DNA of 64,000 nt from Candidatus Gottesmanbacteria bacterium (GCA_016186795.1 JACPKY010000002.1:1053892-1117891), one strand, 5' to 3'. Positions 9,484 through 18,988 are shown, counted from the stretch's first letter. Translations and numbers: made by a program. Notes: generated by a model not told the origin, from the sequence alone.

Positions 9484-10758
9484 ATGTTAGACATAAAATT
9501 CATCAGGGAAAATCTAGAGAAAGTTAAGACGGCTGCCAAGAATAAAAATAGGGAAGTCGATTTTGAAAAACTATTGGACCTTGACGAAAAACATCGGAGT
9601 CTTACTCAGGAAGTAGAAAAGGTACGAGCAGAGAGAAACGTGATAAGTCAACAGAGAACAGTAAACAGTAAACAGTTAACAGATAACAGTGAGCAGAGAA
9701 CAAAGGGAAGAGAGTTAAAAGAGCAATTGAAGAGATTAGAGGAAGGACAGAAAAAAATTACAGAAGAGCTCAACCTGTTGCTTCTTACAGTTCCCAATGT
9801 TCCCCATGAGAGCGTTCCAGTAGGTAAAGATGCATCGGGAAATAAAGAGGTGGCAAAGTGGGGGAACCTTCCCAAATTTGATTTCCCCCCCAAAGATCAT
9901 ATAACCCTTGCCAAAGATCTTGATCTTGTTGATTTTGATCGAGGGGTGAAAGTTGGTGGGTTCCGTCAATATTTTCTGAAAAACGAAGGTGCCCTTCTTG
10001 AGATGGCAGTATTGACACATGCATATAGAAAAATTGCCAAAAAAGGGTATATTCCGCTTGTCGCACCAAGCATTGTGAAAGAATTCACACTTCTCGGCAA
10101 CGGTCAATTCCCGTGGGGAAGAGAAGAGGTGTACCATCTTGAGAAAGATAATATGTATTTGGCAGGGACAGCTGAGGTTCCGGTGACAGCTTATTTCTCA
10201 GGAGAGGTTTTGGACGAAAGGATTCTTCCCAAAAAATTTGTTGCATTCTCTTCCTGTTTTAGAAGGGAGGCAGGAAGTTACGGGAAGGATACCAAGGGCC
10301 TTTATAGACTTCATCAATTTAATAAAGTCGAGCAAGTTATTGTCACAAACAACGAGGAGAAACAGTCATTGGAATTTCTTGAGGAACTTCGGAAAAATTC
10401 AGAGGAAATTTTGCAGGATTTAGAACTTCCCTATAGGGTACTTCTTATGTGCACAGGAGATATGGGAGAGCCGCAAGTGAAGAAATATGATATCGAAACC
10501 TGGATGCCAAGCCGAAACGCCTATGGGGAAACGATGTCAGATTCGTTCATGGGGGATTTCCAAGCACGGCGTTTAAATATTCGTTATAGGACTGGTAAAA
10601 ATGTGTTACAATTTTGTCATACGCTTAATAATACTGCGATCGCATCTCCCAGAATTCTTATCGCAATTTTTGAAAACTGTCAAAGGGAAGATGGTAGTAT
10701 TACAGTTCCTAAGGTGCTCCAAGATTTTGTAGGAACTGATGTAATCACGAAACGATGA
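9484..10758 (+). CDS. serS: Seryl-tRNA synthetase
   Basis: Characteristic N-terminus MLDIKFIRENLEKV and coiled-coil tRNA-binding arm. Class II motifs (FRRE, GLYRLHQFNKVEQ, motif 3 region). 424 aa. Strong SD AAAGGAGG. Confidence 0.9.
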   Translation: MLDIKFIRENLEKVKTAAKNKNREVDFEKLLDLDEKHRSLTQEVEKVRAERNVISQQRTVNSKQLTDNSEQRTKGRELKEQLKRLEEGQKKITEELNLLLLTVPNVPHESVPVGKDASGNKEVAKWGNLPKFDFPPKDHITLAKDLDLVDFDRGVKVGGFRQYFLKNEGALLEMAVLTHAYRKIAKKGYIPLVAPSIVKEFTLLGNGQFPWGREEVYHLEKDNMYLAGTAEVPVTAYFSGEVLDERILPKKFVAFSSCFRREAGSYGKDTKGLYRLHQFNKVEQVIVTNNEEKQSLEFLEELRKNSEEILQDLELPYRVLLMCTGDMGEPQVKKYDIETWMPSRNAYGETMSDSFMGDFQARRLNIRYRTGKNVLQFCHTLNNTAIASPRILIAIFENCQREDGSITVPKVLQDFVGTDVITKR

Positions 10759-12143
10759 ATGGTGCAAACGGTCGAATACATATTTATAGATCGATTGTAC
10801 GGAACGGTCTTGAGATACGGGTAGGCAGGAAAAAGAAGTACCTTCTGACGTATCCCACCTCTATTTGGCAAGAGTTCCCCGAGGTGTACCGCCAGACATT
10901 TGCGGATTCTCTGACATACTTTATGACCATGCATTTATCTTTGGTAAATGCGCATTCACTGGTATACCACTTTCCACCGCCAATAACTGAACCGTTTTTC
11001 TTCAAAGGTATGATCTACTCACTTGGAGAAACCGTTTTGACCGATAGTGGCAATGTCACCATGACTGAGCTTCTGCGCCTTTTTTACAACAAAAGTTTTG
11101 GTACTGAATTTTTGGGTCGTCCCAGATATGCTCGGTTCAAAAATGTCAACAGGAATAGTTGGAAACGGGCGGTTATCCCGTTTTCTTTTGGAAAAGATAG
11201 TCTCCTTACCTTTGCTCTTACAAGGGAGCTTGGTATTACTCCGTATCCAGTTTTTTTCCGGGAACCGCACTCTGCGTTTGAGAATCGGCACAAAGCAAAA
11301 CTTGCCAGCCGTTTCTTTGATGAATTTGATATTGATGTCAACTTTTATCCCTTAACCGCCGGATGGCTTAGGCAAACCGAGGATAAGCTCTGGGGTTGGG
11401 ATTTACTCCTTACCCAATATACGATGCTTCTTATTCCGTTTATTTTTGGAATACGGAGTAAATATCTTTTCTGGGCGCATGAGGCAGGATGTAATGATAC
11501 GTTTATAGACCGCGAAGGATTCATCGTCAATCCTGTGTTTGAACAGAGTGCGAAATGGCTCCTTTCGTCAAATGCTATGGCTAAGGCATTAGGGTGTAAC
11601 GCTATCTTTGCTAGTCTCATTGAGCCGTTAAACGATTTGGCGATACTAAAAATTCTCCATTTCCGTTATCCGGAAATCGGAAAGTATCAGCTCTCCTGTT
11701 TTGCCGATGAAGAGCCATCAAAGACTCGGAGGTGGTGCGGAATCTGTTCAAAGTGCGCCCGGATTTATATTTTTCTTGTTGCTCTTGGGATCGATCCGAA
11801 GCGCGTCGGATTTACCCAAGTGATGTTGGGAAAAGAAAAGCGGCGGCTTTTCCCTGTATTTCCCAGAAAAAGCGGTGTTTTGGATAGTGCATATGATCAA
11901 TCTGGGTTGGGGAGAGACGAACAGATTCTGGCATTTACTATGGCTGTTGAGCGCGGAGTCAATGGAGAGTTGATCCACGAATTTAAAAAAATGTTTGGAA
12001 GGGAAGCGCGGAGTCGGAAAAAGGAGTTGAAGGAACGATTTTTTTCTGTCTATCCATCCCGCACAATTACTTACGAGCTTAAAAAACCACTATATACAAT
12101 TTATGAAGAAGAACTGAAACCCCTTCGGACAGGCTCTTTCTAA
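10755..12143 (+). CDS. PP-loop superfamily ATP pyrophosphatase-like protein with C-terminal Cys cluster (function unknown)
   Basis: SFGKDS motif resembling the PP-loop SGGxDS in a Rossmann-like context (VIPFSFGKDSLLTFAL). C-terminal WCGICSKCARIY zinc-ribbon-like motif reminiscent of QueC/TtcA-type enzymes. ATGA overlap with the serS stop. Confidence 0.45.
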   Translation: MNGANGRIHIYRSIVRNGLEIRVGRKKKYLLTYPTSIWQEFPEVYRQTFADSLTYFMTMHLSLVNAHSLVYHFPPPITEPFFFKGMIYSLGETVLTDSGNVTMTELLRLFYNKSFGTEFLGRPRYARFKNVNRNSWKRAVIPFSFGKDSLLTFALTRELGITPYPVFFREPHSAFENRHKAKLASRFFDEFDIDVNFYPLTAGWLRQTEDKLWGWDLLLTQYTMLLIPFIFGIRSKYLFWAHEAGCNDTFIDREGFIVNPVFEQSAKWLLSSNAMAKALGCNAIFASLIEPLNDLAILKILHFRYPEIGKYQLSCFADEEPSKTRRWCGICSKCARIYIFLVALGIDPKRVGFTQVMLGKEKRRLFPVFPRKSGVLDSAYDQSGLGRDEQILAFTMAVERGVNGELIHEFKKMFGREARSRKKELKERFFSVYPSRTITYELKKPLYTIYEEELKPLRTGSF

Positions 12144-12144
12144 G

Positions 12145-13140
12145 ATGTACGACCTTATTATTATTGGTGCTGGACCAGCTGGTCTTACTTCCTCAATTTA
12201 CGCATCTTGTTTTCATCTAAAACATATTGTACTCAGTAAAACTATCGGCGGACAACTCCTTTTTGCTCCGGATATTCTCAACTATCCGGGATTTGAAAGT
12301 ATTTCAGGAGAAGAGTTAACAAATCGAATGGTTAGCCAAGTAAAAAAAAGAGGAGGAGAAATTGTTGAGCAGGCGGTTGAAAAGATTTCCAAAATTGAAA
12401 ATACTACTACAAACGGGAAATCGACCATTGCGTATGAAGTAACAACAGAGAAAAGTGAGGCGTTTCAGGGAAAAGCTGTCATTTTAGCAACCGGAACAGA
12501 GAGAAGAAAGCTTAATGTTCCCGGTGAAGTCCAATATACTGCCAAAGGAGTTCATTACTGTGCAACATGTGAAAAATTTGATTATGAAAATAAAGTTTCG
12601 GCAGTTATTGGAGGTGCAAATTCAGCAGTACAGGCAGCTGTTGAACTTGCCCAAGCAGCGTCAAAAGTATACATCTTGTATCGGGGAAGTGAGCTTCGGG
12701 GTGATCCAATTTGGGTAAGTCAGGTAACCAAAAATCCGATAATTGAGATTCTTTACCATACGCAGGTAAAAGAGATTGTCGGAGACGGAAAGAATGTAAC
12801 AGGAGTAAAAATCTCAACAGGAAAACCGACAGAGCAGCAGGAAAAAGTACTTCCACTTGATAAAGTGTTTATTGAAATTGGAGGAGTACCCGGAACTGCT
12901 TTGGTAATTCCCATTGGTGTTAGTATGGATCCTGGAGGGTACATAAAAGTAGATGAACATTTGGTAACATCAGCACCGGGGGTTTTTGCCGCAGGAGATC
13001 TGGTAAGCTACGGACTTTCAATTGAACAAATATCATCTGCTGTGGGACTTGGAGCTCGAGCATCAGCCTCAGCTTTCGCCTATATAAAAGAAGAGAAAAA
13101 AGCCCCAACCCTTTGGGGTGGAAGTCAGATAAAACGGTAA
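12145..13140 (+). CDS. Thioredoxin reductase-like FAD/NAD(P)-dependent disulfide oxidoreductase (second TrxB paralog)
   Basis: GAGPAGLTSSIY FAD motif, CATCEKFDY redox-motif position as in TrxB, second Rossmann motif VIGGANSAVQAAVELA. 331 aa. Confidence 0.75.
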   Translation: MYDLIIIGAGPAGLTSSIYASCFHLKHIVLSKTIGGQLLFAPDILNYPGFESISGEELTNRMVSQVKKRGGEIVEQAVEKISKIENTTTNGKSTIAYEVTTEKSEAFQGKAVILATGTERRKLNVPGEVQYTAKGVHYCATCEKFDYENKVSAVIGGANSAVQAAVELAQAASKVYILYRGSELRGDPIWVSQVTKNPIIEILYHTQVKEIVGDGKNVTGVKISTGKPTEQQEKVLPLDKVFIEIGGVPGTALVIPIGVSMDPGGYIKVDEHLVTSAPGVFAAGDLVSYGLSIEQISSAVGLGARASASAFAYIKEEKKAPTLWGGSQIKR

Positions 13141-13170
13141 ATTTTCCTCAAACTCGCAATATCCTATAGT

Positions 13171-13199
13171 TTGACATCATTGATGAAATTTGATAGCAT
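13171..13199 (+). promoter_or_regulatory. Sigma70-like promoter TTGACA-N17-TAGCAT (shared TGATAGCATCGC motif) upstream of small membrane protein cluster A
   Basis: Perfect -35 and a TAGCAT -10 with 17-nt spacer. The same 12-mer TGATAGCATCGC recurs at 18980 upstream of cluster B. Confidence 0.4.
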
Positions 13200-13533
13200 C
13201 GCAGCGCTTGATTTTCAAGCGGATTTTTTGTGGTTGTTGACAAACGAAGTGAGTCTTACAACCACAAATGGTGGAAATTCTTTATCAAAAGGATTTTCGA
13301 ATCCATTCTTGCTCTTTAAAATACTTCACTTTTTCATAATGAGGTGATTCGCTATGAGGAATTACTATGGATTAATTCCTTTTTGTGGATCACCTCGCAG
13401 GATGTGATTCTAATTTCTCTCATGTGACCAGCCTGAAAGGGAGAGTGGGTCGGTGAAACGATAGCCGATCAAACCCACTAGGACACTGCGTTAGTCGAGA
13501 GAATCGAGAGAATACAGTTAACGAGGTAAGCAA

Positions 13534-13752
13534 ATGAAAAATATCGACAGGTGGGTACAAACGGCGATTGGTTTTATCGCCTTTGTAGTAGGATTAGTGA
13601 TCTTGTTGGCGATGTTTTTCACGTCTGTGCTTCCCGGAGGCAAGACTACAGTCGATCAAGGTTTGTATATCTTTCTCGGTATAGGTCTTGTATCCGGAGG
13701 GGCTGCTATTGCGATTGCCCCTTGGCGAGGACGTGGACCGCCAGGAGACTAA
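13534..13752 (+). CDS. Small membrane protein (2 predicted TM helices), hypothetical
   Basis: 72 aa with two hydrophobic helices. First gene of a three-gene small membrane protein cluster. Good SD (GAGGTAAG). Confidence 0.4.
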   Translation: MKNIDRWVQTAIGFIAFVVGLVILLAMFFTSVLPGGKTTVDQGLYIFLGIGLVSGGAAIAIAPWRGRGPPGD

Positions 13753-13807
13753 AGACTAAACATGTTTCCCGCTTGTCCTAGGGAAACATATTCGTTAAAG
13801 GAGGGAT

Positions 13808-14017
13808 ATGACACCGATCCGCGGATTGATGATCGCGATTGCGATGGCGATTATTGGTCTACTTCGGGGCGTGGAGGCGATGTTGAATCTCGACTACACC
13901 CCCGAATTGTGGACCATTTTTGTCTTTGGAAATTTGACATACTTCTGGATCCTTTTGATCGTCGTATTTCTTGGGACGATCATCTATATCCGGATGAAGG
14001 AGGTGAAAGGGAAATAA
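13808..14017 (+). CDS. Small membrane protein (2 TM), hypothetical
   Basis: 69 aa with two hydrophobic helices. Chosen over the overlapping alternative frame 13762-14049 because of its hydropathy pattern and the GGAGGGATATG SD. Confidence 0.35.
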   Translation: MTPIRGLMIAIAMAIIGLLRGVEAMLNLDYTPELWTIFVFGNLTYFWILLIVVFLGTIIYIRMKEVKGK

Positions 14018-14071
14018 GAACTGGCGATCGAATCGGAAAAAGAAAGTAGAAATCGAAGGGGGAAGAAAAAA

Positions 14072-14779
14072 ATGAAAGGCACGATTCAAATCACGCCACG
14101 GCTCCAAAAATTCGGCTGGCGATTTCTTGCAATCGCAGGGTTCGCCGAGTTGATTATCGCCGTTGTCACCATTCTGCAAGGAACTGTGTTGGGATTGATC
14201 CTGTTGGTGATTGCAGGGTTCACCCTGTGGGAAGCATTCCGTTGGGCGAAGAATGAAGAGAAACATAAAAAGGAGGAATGGACAGTATTCTCCTTCCTAA
14301 TGGGCGGATTAGCAATGATTCTGCTCATCAACCTTGACCTGTCCTGGTTGATCATCTTAGGGATTGGAGCGAGCCTCCTTTTCCTATCGCGCATCATCTG
14401 GGATCAGTTTCCAAAGCAAGAGATTGTCGCCGGATATCTACTCTACTTTGGTATCATTGGTACAGCCATCGCCGGAGGGGGGATTTTCAAAGATCTCGAG
14501 TGGGTGATTCCACTCGGAATCATCTCGGTCCTGATGGTGGGAATTGGGACCTGGATGTTTGAGGGTGCATTTCGGGGTGCCATTCGCTTCTTTTGGGCGA
14601 TAAGTGGGCTTGTTTCCCTCAAGATAGCCCATCTCCTCAATAATCTTTCGGTGGTGATCGATCCGCAAACGAAAATAGTGACAGTCGGATTTATGATCAT
14701 GGTGGCGATCATCTTCGCCATTGCGGCGTGGCGTGTTGCCGGAGCGCCCCCAGTTGTGAAGAAAACAGAGGAAAAATAG
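14072..14779 (+). CDS. Polytopic membrane protein (about 6-7 TM), hypothetical
   Basis: 235 aa, hydrophobic throughout. GGGGGAAG SD. Third member of cluster A. Confidence 0.5.
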   Translation: MKGTIQITPRLQKFGWRFLAIAGFAELIIAVVTILQGTVLGLILLVIAGFTLWEAFRWAKNEEKHKKEEWTVFSFLMGGLAMILLINLDLSWLIILGIGASLLFLSRIIWDQFPKQEIVAGYLLYFGIIGTAIAGGGIFKDLEWVIPLGIISVLMVGIGTWMFEGAFRGAIRFFWAISGLVSLKIAHLLNNLSVVIDPQTKIVTVGFMIMVAIIFAIAAWRVAGAPPVVKKTEEK

Positions 14780-14951
14780 CGGAAAAAGGTTGTCCATTGA
14801 CTAAGTTGATGGACAACCTATCCAAATCGGGCCAGAGTATTCTCCTAAAGGAGGATATGAGATGTGGAAAGTGGAGATGTATTCGTGTAGGTTTTTGAGC
14901 AACCAAGAAAATTGGTTTTTCAAACTGCTCACACGAATATATCAATAAAAA

Positions 14952-15000
14952 AAGAAACCCTCTAGCAAACTATTGCGTTTGTTCAGAGGGTTTTTTTGTG
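14952..15000. terminator. Long hairpin plus T-run terminator (AAACCCTCTagcaaac...gtttgttcAGAGGGTTTTTTT)
   Basis: Nested inverted repeat followed by T7. Downstream of the cluster A membrane gene and upstream of vapB. Confidence 0.45.
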
Positions 15001-15037
15001 GTTGACTATCGCGTCTAATGGTGTATACTTATGATGT

Positions 15038-15322
15038 ATGTTGCAAAGGACGAATATCTATCTTCCGACCGACCTTATCAACCTCCTCAAACAGAAAGCT
15101 ACAAAGGAGAACGTTACCATGGCTGAACTTATTCGAAAAGTACTGAAGAAAGAAGCGGAAAATATGAAAGGGAATGCTGCCTCTTCCCTCCTTGCTCTTG
15201 CCCGTCGTGCACCGGAAGTGAAAAGTAGTATAAAAGACTTGAGTAAAAAGCATGATTATTATTTATACGTCGAACCGCACGAGCGAAAGCAGAGGCAACT
15301 CCGAAAGAAAAAAAGCAAATGA
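15038..15322 (+). CDS. vapB: Ribbon-helix-helix (CopG/VapB-like) antitoxin
   Basis: 94 aa. N-terminal NIYLPTDLINLLKQKA...MAELIRKVL is typical of RHH antitoxins. 4-nt ATGA overlap with the downstream PIN gene. Confidence 0.55.
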   Translation: MLQRTNIYLPTDLINLLKQKATKENVTMAELIRKVLKKEAENMKGNAASSLLALARRAPEVKSSIKDLSKKHDYYLYVEPHERKQRQLRKKKSK

Positions 15323-15741
15323 CCCCACTTTTCATTGACACAAGCGCGTTGATAGCTCTTCATTATTCACAAGATTCCTCTCATGCTAAAGCTCTTCACA
15401 TTTTGGAAAGTATCTCGCAGCGTCGATGCAGTTTTTATACAGCAGTAAATGTTCTTATAGAATCTCTTACCATTATCAGTCAGAGAGTTAATAAACACTA
15501 TGCGGTTGAGCTGCTGGATGAGTTACGGTCAGGAAAATATACAATTGTTCATCCCAGTGAGAATCTCATATCGGAAGCTGAAACAATTTTCCGCTCAATA
15601 CGGTCCAAAAATATTTCCTATAGCGACTGTATTAGTTTTGCGGTAATGCGGATGTATAATATCGGGTGGGTTTTCTCATTTGATATTCACTTCAAAAAAC
15701 AGGGATTCAAGCGCATTGGCATCGATGGAAAATTACAGTAA
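15319..15741 (+). CDS. vapC: PIN-domain ribonuclease toxin
   Basis: 140 aa with PIN N-terminal signature [11 protein letters not shown] and acidic residues spaced as in VapC. Translationally coupled to the RHH gene. Confidence 0.7.
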   Translation: MTPLFIDTSALIALHYSQDSSHAKALHILESISQRRCSFYTAVNVLIESLTIISQRVNKHYAVELLDELRSGKYTIVHPSENLISEAETIFRSIRSKNISYSDCISFAVMRMYNIGWVFSFDIHFKKQGFKRIGIDGKLQ

Positions 15742-16761
15742 TTTTTCCTGCTTTGACTCACCTTTCTTGGGAATCCCAAAGTGTTCGTAGGCTTTCTCGG
15801 TTGCTTCCCGGCCTCGTGGAGTCCGCTTGAGAAGCCCTATTTGGAGAAGATAGGGTTCAATGACTTCTTCTATTGTACCAATATCTTCAGAAATCGTTGC
15901 GGCCATGGTTTCGATACCAACAGGACCACCTCCATGTTTTTCGATGATTGATTTAAGAAGTCTCCGATCGGATTCATCAAGGCCCATGGTATCAATTTCC
16001 AAAAGGGAAAACGCTTCCTCAAGAACTAGAGTATCAACGTGTTCTTTCCCTTTCACTTGGGCAAAATCCCGGGCGCGTTTGAGAAGTTTGAGAGCAATTC
16101 GGGGAGTACCTCTTGCCCGTTTGGATAGCTCAGTTCGGGCTTTCTCCTCAAGGGTGATACGGAGTTTTCCTGCGGCTTTTTTTAAAATATTTTCTAAATC
16201 TTGTGCAGGATAAAAATTAAGACGATGAATAAGACCAAATCGATCCCGCAAAGGAGCAGACATGAGACCAATTCTTGTTGTTGCGCCAATAATCGTAAAT
16301 TTCGGAAGATCAAGTCTGAGAGTCCGTGCAGATGGTCCTTTGCCGATAACAATATCAAGAGCAAAATCCTCCATGGCGGGGTAGAGCGTTTCCTCAACAA
16401 CTTTATTGAGCCGGTGAATTTCATCAATAAAAAGAACATCTCCTGGTTCAAGGTTGGTAAGGATTGAGGCAAGATCACCTGATCTTTCTATTGCAGGGCC
16501 TGAGGTGATTCGGATATTAACTCCCATTTCTTTCGATAAGATATGGGCAAGCGTTGTTTTCCCAAGCCCAGGTGGTCCGTAGAGAAGAATATGTTCCAAG
16601 ACTTCTTTCCTTTTCTTGGCAGCAGTAAGAGCAACGGTGAGGGCTTTTTTTACTCGTTCTTGACCTTCAAACTCATTCCAGGAAGAAGCACGCAGAGAAA
16701 CAAACAGTTTTTCCTCTTCTGGGGTTTCTTTTGATTTTTTGATATCCGGTGTATCTGCCAT
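15733..16761 (-). CDS. ruvB: Holliday junction DNA helicase RuvB
   Basis: Walker [12 protein letters not shown], sensor motifs and RuvB C-terminal winged helix. 342 aa. Confidence 0.95.
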   Translation of the reverse strand: MADTPDIKKSKETPEEEKLFVSLRASSWNEFEGQERVKKALTVALTAAKKRKEVLEHILLYGPPGLGKTTLAHILSKEMGVNIRITSGPAIERSGDLASILTNLEPGDVLFIDEIHRLNKVVEETLYPAMEDFALDIVIGKGPSARTLRLDLPKFTIIGATTRIGLMSAPLRDRFGLIHRLNFYPAQDLENILKKAAGKLRITLEEKARTELSKRARGTPRIALKLLKRARDFAQVKGKEHVDTLVLEEAFSLLEIDTMGLDESDRRLLKSIIEKHGGGPVGIETMAATISEDIGTIEEVIEPYLLQIGLLKRTPRGREATEKAYEHFGIPKKGESKQEKLL

Positions 16762-16762
16762 G

Positions 16763-17335
16763 TTACTTTTTCCCTAAAAATTTCAACGCCTGCCGTATTT
16801 TATCCGACGTTGTTCCGTGAACGTCTCGTAACGATTTTACCGCTTCTTTTGCCTCAGTTGCACTAAATCCGAATGTTTTTAATGCGTCGAGTATTTCTTT
16901 TGTTTCACCGCTTTCCTCAGCTAAATTTAGTATCCCAATACTTCCAAGTTTTGGACGAAGCTCGATGATGATTTTTTGCGCGTTTTTGCGTCCCAAGCGG
17001 GGAACGGTCATGAAAAACTCAACATCCCCTTTGACAATTGCTTCTTTGATTCTCTCGGATTTATTGGAAAAAACAGAAACAGCAGTTTTTGGTCCGATTC
17101 CTGAAATTGTCAGGAAGAGTTCAAAAAGGGCAAGATCATCGGGAGTGGCAAAGCCGTACAAGTCGAGAGCATCTTCTTTGACATACGTAAAAATAAAAAG
17201 CGATATTTCCTGATTAAGTTGGCTATCCGCAACGATGTGAGGAGGGACAAACACTTTATACCCGACACCATGAGTAAACAGAATAAGTGAATTAAAATTT
17301 TTGAATTTTACCGTGCCTTCCAAGTAATTGATCAT
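16763..17335 (-). CDS. ruvA: Holliday junction branch migration protein RuvA
   Basis: MINYLEGTV...[10 protein letters not shown]-terminus, HhH motifs (ISGIGPKTA). 190 aa. Directly upstream of ruvB. Confidence 0.9.
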   Translation of the reverse strand: MINYLEGTVKFKNFNSLILFTHGVGYKVFVPPHIVADSQLNQEISLFIFTYVKEDALDLYGFATPDDLALFELFLTISGIGPKTAVSVFSNKSERIKEAIVKGDVEFFMTVPRLGRKNAQKIIIELRPKLGSIGILNLAEESGETKEILDALKTFGFSATEAKEAVKSLRDVHGTTSDKIRQALKFLGKK

Positions 17336-17833
17336 TTATAATCCTCTCATTTTCAGCTTCTCTAGTTTATACGAAAAACAGTGAGTGAGTGCAATAGCAG
17401 CAGCGTCGGCAACGTCGTCTGGTTTTAAAATTTCCGGAAGTTTCAAAACCTGTTTGACCATCATTTGTATCTGATTTTTCTCTGCATGTCCATATCCTGT
17501 GAGAGACAGTTTCACCTGCATTGGTGTGTATTCGGCAACGTCAACATCTTTTTGAGCAAGAGCAAGTTGGATTACGCCCCGTGCCTGACCAACCGTAAAT
17601 GCAGTTGTGACATTGGTATTGAAAAAAAGCTTTTCGAGAACCGCGACATCTGGTTTATACATATCGAGGATATTGAGAATTTTCGTATATATTGAAGAAA
17701 GCCTCTTTGCGTGGGGAGTTTTTGCAGGCGTAGTGATTGCATCTGAGTACTCAAGACGGATGTTGCCATTGTTTTCTTCAATGATCGCAAGGCCAACAGT
17801 TGCCAGTCCAGGATCAAGTCCAAGCACCTTCAT
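17336..17833 (-). CDS. ruvC: Crossover junction endodeoxyribonuclease RuvC
   Basis: MKVLGLDPGLATVGLAIIE start with catalytic D7. 165 aa. First gene of the ruvCAB operon. Confidence 0.9.
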   Translation of the reverse strand: MKVLGLDPGLATVGLAIIEENNGNIRLEYSDAITTPAKTPHAKRLSSIYTKILNILDMYKPDVAVLEKLFFNTNVTTAFTVGQARGVIQLALAQKDVDVAEYTPMQVKLSLTGYGHAEKNQIQMMVKQVLKLPEILKPDDVADAAAIALTHCFSYKLEKLKMRGL

Positions 17834-17889
17834 CGAGTCATTATATCACTCATTGTGCATACAGCTTTGATATCCTATAATTCGCGGAT

Positions 17890-18951
17890 ATGGTTGAACA
17901 GGACGATCCAGGAAGACCACACGGGGCTATCCATATTACGCGAAGAGATTTTTTCAAATTAGGAGGCGTGGCAGCTCTGACGATGCTTTTGGGACTAAAA
18001 GATTCCGGTGAACCGATACCGGAACAGGTACGACCATACCCTCAGCCGGGATGGTTAGAAACCGCACATCCTGGCAGGCCTGATTTTATAAACTTTTCAG
18101 ATGGGCATGCAAACTATCTTCGTCATCTTTCTTTGAATAGTCCGGTATTAAGACATAGTTTAAAAGCCGCATATACTGATTTATTTCATGATTCGTTTCC
18201 AAATAGTCCAAGGCTGGGAAATGTTTTTAGGCAGCATCTTGGTTATGCAAGAGGGACTCTTTCTGAGATTTATCCAGGTTTTGAACCATCGGTTGAAAAC
18301 CAAGTCCATGTGGCGCTTTTTTCTATGGCAGCAATGCTCTCTCCCTATTTTACTTTCCGCGAGATACGAGATTTTGGAGTTGAACTCAATGTGCCGGATG
18401 GTGAGTTAGATCGCTTTTTACGTCCTCTCCGAAGCATTAATGGCCAACTGCCACATGTGTATCCGGTCGATGTCGCACGATGTCAGTCTCAACTGGATGC
18501 AGTAGCCAGGTGCATTGGAGGGGATCGGGCGATTCATTTTGTGCAGCATCTTTTTTTAACTTCACAATATTTATATATTCTTCGGCATGGGCTTCGCGAG
18601 GTGCAGACTCTTCCTGGTCAACCAATTTTGCAAATTCTTTATCCATCTCCTTTCATGCAAGCGGGGATTACTGATGTAGGAGCACAAGTTTACTGGGAAG
18701 CGAAAGAGACGATTGATCAATTGAGCGGAAGAATCAATGCAGATGTTGAGGCTCAGGATATTGCAACAGGGTTTTTGGATAGTCATGTGAGAGAGGATTT
18801 CCGCGCAAATACGGCAGGGCTTTATGCGGGAATTCTTCTTTCAAGGCAGTCTTTGACAGAAAATGATGTTGATTGGTTTTGTAATTATCTTAACCAGGAT
18901 GGTTTCTATACGATTTCGCAGAATATCTCCTCAGAGCCAGTACTTGTATAA
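17890..18951 (+). CDS. Hypothetical exported protein with twin-arginine (Tat)-like signal peptide
   Basis: N-terminus ...HITRRDFFKLGGVAALTMLLG matches the S/T-R-R-x-F-L-K Tat consensus followed by a hydrophobic stretch. 353 aa. No recognisable catalytic motifs. Confidence 0.45.
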   Translation: MVEQDDPGRPHGAIHITRRDFFKLGGVAALTMLLGLKDSGEPIPEQVRPYPQPGWLETAHPGRPDFINFSDGHANYLRHLSLNSPVLRHSLKAAYTDLFHDSFPNSPRLGNVFRQHLGYARGTLSEIYPGFEPSVENQVHVALFSMAAMLSPYFTFREIRDFGVELNVPDGELDRFLRPLRSINGQLPHVYPVDVARCQSQLDAVARCIGGDRAIHFVQHLFLTSQYLYILRHGLREVQTLPGQPILQILYPSPFMQAGITDVGAQVYWEAKETIDQLSGRINADVEAQDIATGFLDSHVREDFRANTAGLYAGILLSRQSLTENDVDWFCNYLNQDGFYTISQNISSEPVLV

Positions 18952-18959
18952 AATTCTTT

Positions 18960-18988
18960 TTGCAATGTTTTTGGGAATCTGATAGCAT
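18960..18988 (+). promoter_or_regulatory. Sigma70-like promoter TTGCAA-N17-TAGCAT (TGATAGCATCGC motif) upstream of small membrane protein cluster B
   Basis: Hexamers and the 12-mer are shared with the cluster A promoter. Followed by an AGGAGG SD and the ATG at 19043. Confidence 0.4.

Noticed and set aside
13762-14049. Alternative-frame ORF 13762-14049 overlapping the 69-aa membrane ORF
   Set aside because: Translation is charged and low-complexity (DRDCDGDYW...) with no SD. The overlapping frame 13808-14017 gives a clean 2-TM protein behind a GGAGGG SD.
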